The notes beneath the pieces were generated by a model, which saw only the letters and a program-made list of their open reading frames with translations, was not told where the DNA came from and made no database searches. 64,000 bases of DNA from assembly GCA_048882485.1 (NCBI GenBank), contig JBHLRP010000001.1, positions 224,001 to 288,000 on the forward strand, written 5' to 3'. The DNA comes from Candidatus Thorarchaeota archaeon (GTDB taxonomy: Archaea; Asgardarchaeota; Thorarchaeia; Thorarchaeales; Thorarchaeaceae). Every line of letters starts with the position of its first letter. Within the stretch, counting starts at the first letter, position 1. Shown one piece after another: positions 37,646 through 47,306 of the stretch. Made by a program: the position numbers and the translations under genes.

Positions 37646-39103
37646 ATGGCTGATGTGCCCATAATTAAGAACTACATCAATGGAGAATGGGTTGAGTCCA
37701 GCTCCTCTGACATCAGAGATATCCGGAACCCTGCAAATGGCGAAGTCATCGCGAAGGTCCCGATGAGTACAATCGAGGAGACCAAGGCAGCAATTGAAGC
37801 AGCACACAAGGCCTTTCCCAGATGGCGGCGGACTATTCCAATCACCAGAGCTAGATACTTCTTTGAGATGAAGACTCTCATGGAAGAACGATTCGAGGAG
37901 CTAGCCGAACAGGTTGTTATCGAGAATGGAAAGATAATGGATGAGGCTCGAGGTGAGATTAGACGTGGGATTGAGAATGTGGAAGTGGCGACAGGTATTC
38001 CTTCATTAATGATGGGTTATAATGCAGAAGATGTCTCTCCTGATATCGATGAGATTGTCCTACGTCAGCCAATGGGAGTCTTCTTTTGCTTGTCGCCTTT
38101 CAATTTTCCAAGCATGGTCCCGCTTTGGTTTCTACCAACAGCTGTAGCAACTGGAAACACCTACATCCTGAAACCCTCTCCTATTGCTCCGATTAGTGCC
38201 ATGAAGCTCTTTGAGATAATAGACGAAATCGGTTTCCCTCCAGGCGTAATCAACCTAGTCAATGGCGACATCGATTCCGCAAACACACTTTTGGATAGTC
38301 CCTTAACGAAAGGGGTTTCCTTTGTTGGTTCAACTCCAGTTGGAAAATTAGTCTATGAGAGAGCTGCAGCCAATGGCAAACGAGCACAGGTCCAGGCTGG
38401 TGCCAAGAACTTCCTGCTTGTTATGCCGGACGCTGATCTCGAACGTACAGCATCGGCTCTTATGACTTCATGTTATGGATGCGCCGGAGAACGTTGCCTC
38501 GCAGGTGCGGTTATTCTGGCAATGGAGGAGATCCATGAGCAATTAGTCAAGATTCTTGTCGAGAAAGCCAAGATGATTCGAGTTGGTAATGGTCTTGAAG
38601 CAGGTGTACATATGGGGCCTGTGATCACCGCAAAAGCGAGAGATAGAACATTCGACTTCATTGAGAGCGGTGTCAAGGAAGGTGCCAAATTGCTCCTAGA
38701 TGGTAGAAATGTCAAGGTTGAAGGACACGAATCTGGTTTCTTTGTGGGTCCAACGGTATTCGACGAGGTCACGCCTGACATGCGGATTGCCAAGGAGGAG
38801 ATATTCGGTCCGGTGATGTCAGTAGTGAAAGTGAAGAGCTATGAGGAAGCTTTGGACATCATTCATGCTAGTCCATTTGGCAATGCATCTTCTATCTTTA
38901 CCTCCAGTGGAGGATGGGCAAGGAGATTCTCATATGAGGTGCCAACCGGGAATGTTGGAGTTAACATAGGAATCGCGGCTCCAGTGGCTCATTTTCCTTT
39001 CTCTGGGATGAAGGACTCATTCTTTGGAGATCTGCATGGTCAGGGAAGAGATGCAATTCGATTCTTCACCGAGGACAAAGTAGTTATCACACGTTGGTTC
39101 TAG
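37646..39103 (+). CDS. mmsA: CoA-acylating (methyl)malonate-semialdehyde dehydrogenase
   Basis: PFNFPSMVPLW, FVGST, GAKN, GCAGERCLA, EEIFGPV, S.FGDLH.QG, K.VITRW. Confidence 0.93.
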   Translation: MADVPIIKNYINGEWVESSSSDIRDIRNPANGEVIAKVPMSTIEETKAAIEAAHKAFPRWRRTIPITRARYFFEMKTLMEERFEELAEQVVIENGKIMDEARGEIRRGIENVEVATGIPSLMMGYNAEDVSPDIDEIVLRQPMGVFFCLSPFNFPSMVPLWFLPTAVATGNTYILKPSPIAPISAMKLFEIIDEIGFPPGVINLVNGDIDSANTLLDSPLTKGVSFVGSTPVGKLVYERAAANGKRAQVQAGAKNFLLVMPDADLERTASALMTSCYGCAGERCLAGAVILAMEEIHEQLVKILVEKAKMIRVGNGLEAGVHMGPVITAKARDRTFDFIESGVKEGAKLLLDGRNVKVEGHESGFFVGPTVFDEVTPDMRIAKEEIFGPVMSVVKVKSYEEALDIIHASPFGNASSIFTSSGGWARRFSYEVPTGNVGVNIGIAAPVAHFPFSGMKDSFFGDLHGQGRDAIRFFTEDKVVITRWF

Positions 39104-39128
39104 ATGGAGCAAGGAGCTAGACTGAGAT

Positions 39129-39563
39129 ATGGACCTTGGTACCACAGGGGCAATCCTTACTTTTGCCCTTGAGCTTGAGAAGGACATTGGGGCTTTCTAT
39201 AGAAGGAATCTTCCTGAGTTGAGCAATGCCCATCTTAGGCAGGTTTTTGGAGAAATCCAGAGGACCCAGAAAAAGCGAGAACGGCTCTTAGGTAGGCTGA
39301 GAAGAGAGAATGTCACAGAGATGATTCTTGAACCTATTCATGGGTTCGAAAGCGATGCCTTTGAAATGGCTATATCATCTGAGGTACCTCATGATGACTC
39401 TTTCCTCAAAGCAACTGCTATCAAGGTTGAAGAAACCTTACAATCATTCTTTGCAGCAGCATCTGAGAAAACCACCTTCCTTCCCGAAGTTAGTGATGAG
39501 TTCAAGAGGATATCAGAGGAAGCCGGGAAATATGCCGTTCTTCTGTTGTCAATTGAACCATAG
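39129..39563 (+). CDS. Ferritin-like/rubrerythrin-like protein
   Basis: ILTFALELE....FY, RRENVTEMILEPI, AIKVEE....FF. Confidence 0.7.
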   Translation: MDLGTTGAILTFALELEKDIGAFYRRNLPELSNAHLRQVFGEIQRTQKKRERLLGRLRRENVTEMILEPIHGFESDAFEMAISSEVPHDDSFLKATAIKVEETLQSFFAAASEKTTFLPEVSDEFKRISEEAGKYAVLLLSIEP

Positions 39564-39605
39564 CCTATAAACACACACTTCTTCAAGCATCAGTCCTTGC
39601 ATTGA

Positions 39606-40469
39606 TTAGAAATCAAAGATACTGGTGGAAAACTCGTCTTGCCTTGCTTCTCTTCGCAGCTTCAATGGTATCTCTATGCTCTTGTCTAGACGCCAGGGAA
39701 TGTCAAGTGTTATCTTTAGAATGTACAGGTAATCAATGAGATTCGACTTGAAAGCTTCTGGCCATTCCTCCCCAGTCTTCACTGTCACATCAACCCAACT
39801 CTCTCTCAAGATTTTGTCTTCTTCCCAATACTGTTGATCCATCTCATTGTCGTTGTTTGTATCTCTCCCCTGAGGTGAAACTTTCTCTCTTAAAATGAGT
39901 TCAGCTCTAACTCCTCGGATATTTGTGTCACTGCCTACAAGATACCTGAAACGGATGTAATCTCCACGTCGAACAGTGTCACTGTCCAATTCAACTCGCA
40001 AGAGATGTCTGCCCTCATTTGAGATTTCTTTCTGAATCATAGTCTGCTCCAATTCCACTGATTCTTTAGGTGGCGCAGTAACTACAATTCTCCGCTCCGT
40101 TTTGGGATCAAGAGCCCATTTGACCTCTATTTTGCCTTTGATTTCATATCTAATCCAGCTATATGTGCCCTCAAAGCTAGATACTGATTCTTTCGGTAGT
40201 TCAAATGCAAACTCAAATCGAGTTTCTCCTTCCATTACGGTGGATTGATTAAAAATCTCCAGATAATAGGCGAAATATTCGAATTTCTCAAGAAACACTC
40301 GACGATGTTTGCCGCTACCTACAACCACTCTTGACTGTTCAGTACAGCTGAAGACTAGATTCACTGACTCACAGTCGAAGTCGTCATCGCAAACAACAAT
40401 CGCATGTCCTTCAACTCGCTCTCCAGGTGAATATTCCTCTTTTGGCAGATGAATGGATATCTCTCTCAA
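39606..40469 (-). CDS. Arrestin-fold protein (alpha-arrestin/Spo0M-like)
   Basis: YSPGERVEG, GETRFEFAFELP..SVSSFEGTYSWIRYEIKG.I...W (arrestin-N), and S.LIDY.Y.L...LDIPW....IEIP (arrestin-C). Confidence 0.82.
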   Translation of the reverse strand: MREISIHLPKEEYSPGERVEGHAIVVCDDDFDCESVNLVFSCTEQSRVVVGSGKHRRVFLEKFEYFAYYLEIFNQSTVMEGETRFEFAFELPKESVSSFEGTYSWIRYEIKGKIEVKWALDPKTERRIVVTAPPKESVELEQTMIQKEISNEGRHLLRVELDSDTVRRGDYIRFRYLVGSDTNIRGVRAELILREKVSPQGRDTNNDNEMDQQYWEEDKILRESWVDVTVKTGEEWPEAFKSNLIDYLYILKITLDIPWRLDKSIEIPLKLRREARQDEFSTSIFDF

Positions 40470-40592
40470 ACCTACTACCCCTTTCCTATCGAGAAGTCTT
40501 TCATTGCTTTGAGCCTATTTGGAAATGAATGCAGAAAAACACTTGCCAGAATATTGTAAATGGACACTTTGGGGGCCATCTCGAGTCGGGTA

Positions 40593-42113
40593 CTAGAACC
40601 CAAACATATGAGCATACCTGTGTTCAAGGAAATCGAGGAACGGGTTTGCCTCAAGTTCGTTTCCAGTGACATGCTTGACCAAATCTGCAGGATCATACAA
40701 TGCAGCCTTGCTCATGATATTCTCTGCCAGCCAGTTGAGAATTGGATTGAGCTCTCCTCTTGAGATATTGCTGCTCCACTCTGGCAAGTCTTTATTCATC
40801 TGCTGAAGCCATTGACCATCATACACATTCCCCAGTGCATAGCTTGGGAAGTAGCCGTAGGAGCCACCACCCCAGTGCGTGTCCTGGAGAACTCCTTCAG
40901 CATCATCTTTCACATCCACTCCGAGGTACTCTGAATATTTCTCGTTCCATACCTGTGGTAGCTCCGGAACCGATATCTTGTCAGCAAACAATGCCTTCTC
41001 TATCTCGAACCTAATGATGATATGAAGTGAGTATGTCACTTCATCGGCATCGATACGTATCAAGGATGGCTTAACTAGGTTCATGCCTCTGACGAAATCG
41101 ATGAGGTCTATGTCTGAAAACGCATTGCCTGTAAATTCATTCAGCTTCGGAAGATAGTACTCCCAGAATTGTGGAGTTCTCCCAATGATATTCTCGATGA
41201 ACCTCGACATTGACTCATGAATACCATAACTCGCAGCAACACCTACCGGCTGATACATGTAGTCCCTGTTTAGGTTCTGTTCGTAAAGTGCATGGCCTCC
41301 CTCATGAAGCATTGCGAAGACAAGCGATGGAAGGTTGTCTTCATAATAATGGACTGTCACCCTGACATCATCATAGTAGCCAATCGTGAAGGGGTGTTCC
41401 GTTTCATCTATGCGCCCTCCAGCTTTATCAGAAGTGGTATCGTACCCGATGAGATTTCCGAGGTCAGTAGCAATCTTGCGTTGGATATCGATTGGTATCT
41501 TTCTTGATAGAAAACTCACATCCACATTTTCCGAAGCATCTGCACATTTCTGAACCAACGGAACGAGGCGATCCTTGAGTCGCGAAAAAACCTTGTCAAC
41601 CATATCGGCGGTCATATTCCTTTCATATTCATCAAGCATAGAATCATAGATGGTTGAGCAACCCTTGACTTTCATCGCAATCTCTTCTTTCTCACGAGAG
41701 ATATCGACGAGTTTCTGAAGCTCTGGCTCAAACATCTTCCAGTCTTTTGCAGCCTTCGCTTTCTTCCACACATCGGTGGCTATAGCCTGCTGCTTGGTGA
41801 GTCGACCTATCAACTCAGAAGGAATCTTTGTGTTTATGTCATATTCTCTTCTTGCAAGGAACAGATTGCGCCTCTGCACCTTGTTCAAGTCTTGCTCCTT
41901 CTCAGCTGCTTCCAGAATCTTTCCTATTTCCGGAGAGGTTGATTTCTCGTGTCCAATCTTACTGAGCACGGATATCTGTTCACTCCTTAATTGAATACCT
42001 GCAGGAGGCATGTAGGTTTCAAGATCCCAATAGATTGCTCCCAGGGAAGTTCCAATAAGGGCGATCTCTTTTGCTTTTTCCATCAATTCACCATATGCAT
42101 TCATGTCGAACAC
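40593..42113 (-). CDS. Carboxypeptidase M32 (Taq/Pfu type)
   Basis: HPF, DVR.T, HEGGH, HESMSR, IRIDADE, GVLQD.HW, GYFPSY. Confidence 0.95.
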   Translation of the reverse strand: MFDMNAYGELMEKAKEIALIGTSLGAIYWDLETYMPPAGIQLRSEQISVLSKIGHEKSTSPEIGKILEAAEKEQDLNKVQRRNLFLARREYDINTKIPSELIGRLTKQQAIATDVWKKAKAAKDWKMFEPELQKLVDISREKEEIAMKVKGCSTIYDSMLDEYERNMTADMVDKVFSRLKDRLVPLVQKCADASENVDVSFLSRKIPIDIQRKIATDLGNLIGYDTTSDKAGGRIDETEHPFTIGYYDDVRVTVHYYEDNLPSLVFAMLHEGGHALYEQNLNRDYMYQPVGVAASYGIHESMSRFIENIIGRTPQFWEYYLPKLNEFTGNAFSDIDLIDFVRGMNLVKPSLIRIDADEVTYSLHIIIRFEIEKALFADKISVPELPQVWNEKYSEYLGVDVKDDAEGVLQDTHWGGGSYGYFPSYALGNVYDGQWLQQMNKDLPEWSSNISRGELNPILNWLAENIMSKAALYDPADLVKHVTGNELEANPFLDFLEHRYAHMFGF

Positions 42114-42162
42114 CAGAATCTGTCATTAGTCCAGCTACTGATTCAGCGGGTCTTAGGCCTAG

Positions 42163-43089
42163 TTATTTTTCTTCCGAAATAGTGGTTGCATTATCATCCC
42201 CGCCCGGGTAATTGATGATAAGAATGCCACCAATTACAAGGGCTAATCCAAGGACGAAAGTCCATGGGATGATTTCGCCAAGAATCAAAAAGGACAGCGA
42301 TATGCCAAAGACAGGCACCAAGTTGATGAATCCCCCCGTCTTGGTTGCGCCAATTTGCCTTATTGATTCGAAATAGAAGAGGAATCCAAGGAAAGTGACA
42401 AGGGCTCCCAAATAAAGCACATTGATCCAAAACAATGGGTCAGCCATGGCAGGGAGAGTCCAGAACTGTTCTGTAGTTGCACTGAATCCAAACAAAACAC
42501 AACCAACAAAAACTCCAGCAGCAGTTACTTCAACTGCAGACATTGTCTTCATTGCTTCCTTGCCAATAGAGGAGTATAGACCCCATGTCATCATTGCGCA
42601 GAGGATAATGAGATTGCCGATCAGATAGTCCAATCTGAAGTCGATGAGTGCTTGGACGCCTACGACAAAGATGATGCCAGTGAAAGCCGATGCAAAACCT
42701 AAGTATTGCCATCTCTTACTTAGACGCTCGTTGTGTATCAAATGGGCGAACAAGCTTACGGTTGCTGGGTTGAAGCCTGCAATTATTGCCCCCTGTGAGG
42801 CGGTAGTGAATTGCATCCCAGTAAGAAAGAAGACGCCATATCCGTAGATGCCTGTCAATCCCACGAGAAACAGGATTTTAGCACGTTGTCTTGTGAAAAG
42901 TCTGAATGATGATTGCCCTTGGATGGCCAAGAGGATGATGAATAGAACACTCGCGATAAGGAACCGAAAGAAGCCAATCGTGAGTGGTGGGGCAATTGCT
43001 ACCAATACCTTAGCTGAAACCCATGAACCTCCCCAGAAGAACATAGCAAGGACGAGGGCTATGTAATATTTGAGGGACCGGTTTGCCAT
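42163..43089 (-). CDS. DMT/EamA-family transporter
   Basis: FWGGSW, FRF, ten TM helices, LVPVF...LGE. ATG 43089 is preferred as start. Confidence 0.92.
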   Translation of the reverse strand: MANRSLKYYIALVLAMFFWGGSWVSAKVLVAIAPPLTIGFFRFLIASVLFIILLAIQGQSSFRLFTRQRAKILFLVGLTGIYGYGVFFLTGMQFTTASQGAIIAGFNPATVSLFAHLIHNERLSKRWQYLGFASAFTGIIFVVGVQALIDFRLDYLIGNLIILCAMMTWGLYSSIGKEAMKTMSAVEVTAAGVFVGCVLFGFSATTEQFWTLPAMADPLFWINVLYLGALVTFLGFLFYFESIRQIGATKTGGFINLVPVFGISLSFLILGEIIPWTFVLGLALVIGGILIINYPGGDDNATTISEEK

Positions 43090-43240
43090 GTTTGGTGGTC
43101 TCCTAGGAGCTAAAAGTCGACGAGTTGTCCTAGATTTAAAGCAACCTGAATGCGCTGAATTCATTGTCAAACCGAAGAGTTCATATTCTAATGTATGTGA
43201 CTCGACTGTGCAGAACTTTGCACACTCGCAGGGACTAGAG

Positions 43241-43663
43241 ATGCTAAACGACGATGATCTGGAGGCAATTCGAAGACGAAAGATGGAGCTCTTGATGGAA
43301 AGGGCAAAGCAGCCTAAAGTAGAAGAGCCTCTTTCACAAGGCCAGGTTCAACTTCTTACGGATGCAACGTTCTGGAATACGGTTTCCCAGACCAAGACAG
43401 CTCTAATCGACTTCTTCGGCGAATGGTGTGCTCCGTGTAGGCAACTTGTGCCAATATTCAATCTTCTTGCTCAGGACTACAAAGGAAAGGTCTACTTTGG
43501 CAAGATTGACATCGACAAAAATCCAAGAACAACTGTTCAGTTTGGCGTGCAATCAGTACCTATGGTCATAGGCTTCAAGCATGGCAAACCAGTCGGCAAG
43601 CTGCCTGGGTTAAGGTCATATGATGACTACGATTCTGTCGTCGAAAAGCTCCTTGCTGCGTAA
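43241..43663 (+). CDS. trxA: Thioredoxin with N-terminal helical extension
   Basis: DFFGEWCAPCR, VQSVP. N-terminal DDDLEAIRRRKM helix. Confidence 0.9.
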   Translation: MLNDDDLEAIRRRKMELLMERAKQPKVEEPLSQGQVQLLTDATFWNTVSQTKTALIDFFGEWCAPCRQLVPIFNLLAQDYKGKVYFGKIDIDKNPRTTVQFGVQSVPMVIGFKHGKPVGKLPGLRSYDDYDSVVEKLLAA

Positions 43664-43674
43664 GGACTATCTAG

Positions 43675-44532
43675 TTACTTTGCGAATGATTTGGTGTTAC
43701 CCAGATTTTCAGCCACGACCGCCGTAGGCATTGCCTTGGCATTTGTTGCCCTTGACCAGTTTCCATTCCTATCAGCCATTACGAGTCCAGCTTCACTTCC
43801 AGTCCTGGTTTCAAAGAGATTCATCGCCTTATCCGCCGCTGATTGGATATCAAAATCTTGCTCAACATAGAGCACAGCCATCCTTGTGAGAGTGACCCTC
43901 ATGATGTGCTCGCCCCATCCAGTTGCCGTGGCACCGCATATCTCATTCGCATAAGCTCCCGCACCAATCACTGGTGAATCACCAACTCTTCCGGGAAGCT
44001 TTTTTGATATGCCGCCTGTGGATGAAGTCACCGCAATGTTGCCATTGGAATCGACGGCAACACATCCAACCGTATCTGCTCCATCCCCTTCAAAGAGTGG
44101 CAAAACGACACCAGGTTCCTTCTCATCACGATAGCCTTCTGATATCATCTGATTGTAAACGCGATTGGCGTTGTGCCCAGCGAAGAAGGCATAGTCTGTC
44201 TTCTCCATTATATATCGCGCTAGTGAAACTGGATTCTGGATGTCACATACCGCTGCAACTGATCCAAACGTCAGAATGCTTCCATCGATTATCATCGCGT
44301 CTAGCTCTCTTACCCCGTCGAGGTTTGCTCGTGCTCCTAGTCCCGCATTAAGCTGTCCACAGTTCTCCATGAATACCGTGCACGCCTCAGCTGCATCGAG
44401 AGCCGTGCCTCCCTTTTCAAATGCCGCGAATCCAACTTGGGCCGCCTTCTCGACATATTCTATGCCTACTGGAATCCTCTCATCTTTCCAATCTCCAGCT
44501 CCGCTGTGGACTATTATCATTGGCAGCTTCAT
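43675..44532 (-). CDS. Isoaspartyl peptidase/L-asparaginase (second paralog)
   Basis: VHSGAG, AD|TVG, STGG, GRVGDSPVIGAG, ATGWGE. Confidence 0.92.
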   Translation of the reverse strand: MKLPMIIVHSGAGDWKDERIPVGIEYVEKAAQVGFAAFEKGGTALDAAEACTVFMENCGQLNAGLGARANLDGVRELDAMIIDGSILTFGSVAAVCDIQNPVSLARYIMEKTDYAFFAGHNANRVYNQMISEGYRDEKEPGVVLPLFEGDGADTVGCVAVDSNGNIAVTSSTGGISKKLPGRVGDSPVIGAGAYANEICGATATGWGEHIMRVTLTRMAVLYVEQDFDIQSAADKAMNLFETRTGSEAGLVMADRNGNWSRATNAKAMPTAVVAENLGNTKSFAK

Positions 44533-44655
44533 CGTACTCAAGTAGATGTTCCCGCTTAACCTATTACTAAGGATTTTCATGCCAAATGCACTGATGCATG
44601 ATGAGTCCTATGACACCTGACCTGACAACGAGAATTATCTTCCCATTTTCTTTGA

Positions 44656-44883
44656 TTGCCTTTGGAGGTATTCACATTGACCAAGGATTATAAAGATTCT
44701 AAAGCCGAGTCGGAAGATCGTCTGAAGTTCTGGTCTAATTTTCTTAATACTGAGGAAGGCCGCTTGATTGTGGGGGATCTGGGTGAAGATGAGGTGAAAC
44801 ATTTTCACGCTGATGGCTTTCTGTTTGAACTAAGAAGAGGAAAAGAAGGTCGGATACTAGTAAAGCTTGCAGACATGAATTAG
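44656..44883 (+). CDS. Small hypothetical protein, apparent paralog of 29538-29801
   Basis: WSNFLNTEEGRLIV motif followed by beta-strand-like segments. Confidence 0.6.
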   Translation: MPLEVFTLTKDYKDSKAESEDRLKFWSNFLNTEEGRLIVGDLGEDEVKHFHADGFLFELRRGKEGRILVKLADMN

Positions 44884-44895
44884 ACTTAACGTACA

Positions 44896-47139
44896 CTATA
44901 TGATAGCAGGGAGATTGACAGTGAAAACAGTTCCTTGAGTGTAATCTCCTTCGACTCTATCGCTGACAGCTATAGTTCCGCCAAAAGCATCTGTCAATGC
45001 ATAAACCATTGAGAGTCCCAGGCCAGTCCCTTCTGCCCCTTCCATGAATCGCTGGAACAGTGTCGCTTTCTTCTCAGGCTCAATTCCTTTTCCAAAGTCG
45101 ATAACTTTGGTTGCCCAAAATGAATCGGGTCCCATTTCAATTAGTTCAATCTCTACTATGATTCTCCGATGCTCTCGGGAATATGCGATTGCATTCCTAA
45201 ACAGGTTATAGAAGAGATCACTTAGAAGTCCATTGGCAGTGACGAAGCACTCACTTATGTCTCTGCTGACAAGAATTTCAACTGTCTGGTCTGGGAGCTC
45301 CATAAGAACTTGCTTAATTGCATGATCAATCGCTCCTACTAGGTCAATGGTTTCAAGAGGTGGAGGTTCATCTAAATCGGTCATACCTAGACCTCTTACA
45401 TTTCTGACAAGTTGATCGGCACGTCTGAGACATCCACGGGCGTCTTGCAATGCCATGTCAAGCATGTCTTGAGGTAGGTCGTCCATATCCATTAAGCCAA
45501 GTGCCACAGTCATAGCTTGGTGCAGGTTAGAAATATCATGTGCTAAGATATCAGAGTATAGAGTTGCCCTCCGACGAGAATTATCTGAACGAATCATCTC
45601 TTGGAGGTATAACACCCCTATGAGCGCTGGCCCCAGCAACAGGCCAATAAGCAGGAATACCTCTGCAGCCCACCACCCTAGAACCCAATCGTCGAAGTTG
45701 CCCTTCAAGTAGTTTGGAATGATCCAGAGAGCCAATACACCAACGGAATATCCTTCAATGGATCTCCAGTGCTTATGCTTCTCTGCATGCAGAAAGCCTA
45801 GATGGGTGAATGTGAACATTGCAGCAAAATTGATACCAAGAAGTATCACTCGACCGAGGGGACTACCAGTTAAGCCTGGAGTTTGTGCAAGAATCAATCC
45901 TTCGAGAAATTGCCCTCCTACTACCATGGCAATGATAATACCTAATCGAGGAATAATCCACAACTCAGGTCTACCAAGCTCTTCATCTTTGGGAGTGCGT
46001 GTCCAAATAATCCCTCTGATGAGATAGATTACGGAAGCAATGCTACCCACAATGTATGGTACAAGCGATTCTCCTAAAGTCATGAGGGTTTCAGAATTTG
46101 AAAATAGAACAATATGCGCTTCAATATAGGTCCAGCTCAAGAATAGCAGTATTAGTGGAATGTGTACCCATTGAGGCTTTTGCTTATGATATGAGTAAAC
46201 TAGGAATCCCATTACACCGGATAGAACAGCTGCTCCAAGATGTGCGATATAGTAAGCTCCAAGTTCAACAGCGTAGAAGCCTGGGGCCCAAGAAGTTGCC
46301 ATGATGCTGACCATGAAGGGTGCAATTGACAACATGCTGAAGAATATGGGCACAACGAATGCAGAAAGCAGGCTCATCCCCCACTTCAACTGCCCCGGTG
46401 CAGCTATTGCAATAATGAATGTGAAGAATCCCCACGATTCTAAAACCATAGCAAAAGCCCAATGAGCGCTAGGAAAGGCGAGTGAAGAGAGTAATGGAAT
46501 AGACGAGATAGCGAATAGCACGAAGCTAATGATGAGTATGGAGGTCTGGCGATCTCCTATTACAAACGGAGAACGGGATCTCAAAATGGCAGCCAAGATG
46601 AGCGAACCAAATGCAATGATACTGAGTATTGTTCCCAACATTTGAAGTGATGGATTGTTTAGAGCTGGAACTATCCAAAATACCATGATTCCGTCAAACA
46701 ACAGCAAGATAAGAATCAGGAGGGGAGCCATTTTCCAGGATACTTCTGCATCCTGCATTCTTCTATGTAACATTGCGGCTATGAATAGCACAATGCCGAG
46801 AAGAAGCAATTCGAAGATGTCAGTGGTTGTTTTTCTAACCCCATCAATTAGAAAGGACTCGCCTAGAGCATATGCAGTTTCCATGGATGCTGAGAGATGG
46901 ATAATCGCCCTCGTCGCTAGTATTGAGAATACTGCAAACTCGTAGACTGGTGGTCTTCCTCCTGCCTCACTGAAAACCCATGCTGCAGCAATGATGGCTA
47001 GGAACGCAAGCAACGAGTGAAAAGCCACTCCAGTATAGATTGAATCCCAGGATGGAATTACTGACAAATAGAGTCCACTAGCAATAAGCGAAGCAGCTAC
47101 TACTCCGATTGGAACATCCTTTCGCAGCTCACGCGGCAT
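44896..47139 (-). CDS. Polytopic membrane sensor histidine kinase
   Basis: More than 12 hydrophobic segments, then H-box AHDISN, N-box NLFRNA, G1 DFGKGI, G2 GTGLGL. The start is uncertain (ORF extends to 47274). Confidence 0.9.
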   Translation of the reverse strand: MPRELRKDVPIGVVAASLIASGLYLSVIPSWDSIYTGVAFHSLLAFLAIIAAAWVFSEAGGRPPVYEFAVFSILATRAIIHLSASMETAYALGESFLIDGVRKTTTDIFELLLLGIVLFIAAMLHRRMQDAEVSWKMAPLLILILLLFDGIMVFWIVPALNNPSLQMLGTILSIIAFGSLILAAILRSRSPFVIGDRQTSILIISFVLFAISSIPLLSSLAFPSAHWAFAMVLESWGFFTFIIAIAAPGQLKWGMSLLSAFVVPIFFSMLSIAPFMVSIMATSWAPGFYAVELGAYYIAHLGAAVLSGVMGFLVYSYHKQKPQWVHIPLILLFLSWTYIEAHIVLFSNSETLMTLGESLVPYIVGSIASVIYLIRGIIWTRTPKDEELGRPELWIIPRLGIIIAMVVGGQFLEGLILAQTPGLTGSPLGRVILLGINFAAMFTFTHLGFLHAEKHKHWRSIEGYSVGVLALWIIPNYLKGNFDDWVLGWWAAEVFLLIGLLLGPALIGVLYLQEMIRSDNSRRRATLYSDILAHDISNLHQAMTVALGLMDMDDLPQDMLDMALQDARGCLRRADQLVRNVRGLGMTDLDEPPPLETIDLVGAIDHAIKQVLMELPDQTVEILVSRDISECFVTANGLLSDLFYNLFRNAIAYSREHRRIIVEIELIEMGPDSFWATKVIDFGKGIEPEKKATLFQRFMEGAEGTGLGLSMVYALTDAFGGTIAVSDRVEGDYTQGTVFTVNLPAII

Positions 47140-47306
47140 AGCTAGATCTGACTGCACACGAGGTACCTTCTCAATTGAAATCAGGCCTTTCATCCAAGCC
47201 CTGACCACACACTTCGAAGAGTTGCCTTTAGAGGAATTTAAGGCTATTCTGATTACAATCTCTTTATATCTCACAGTGAGCCTTTATAGTTCTGGAGACC
47301 CTACTG

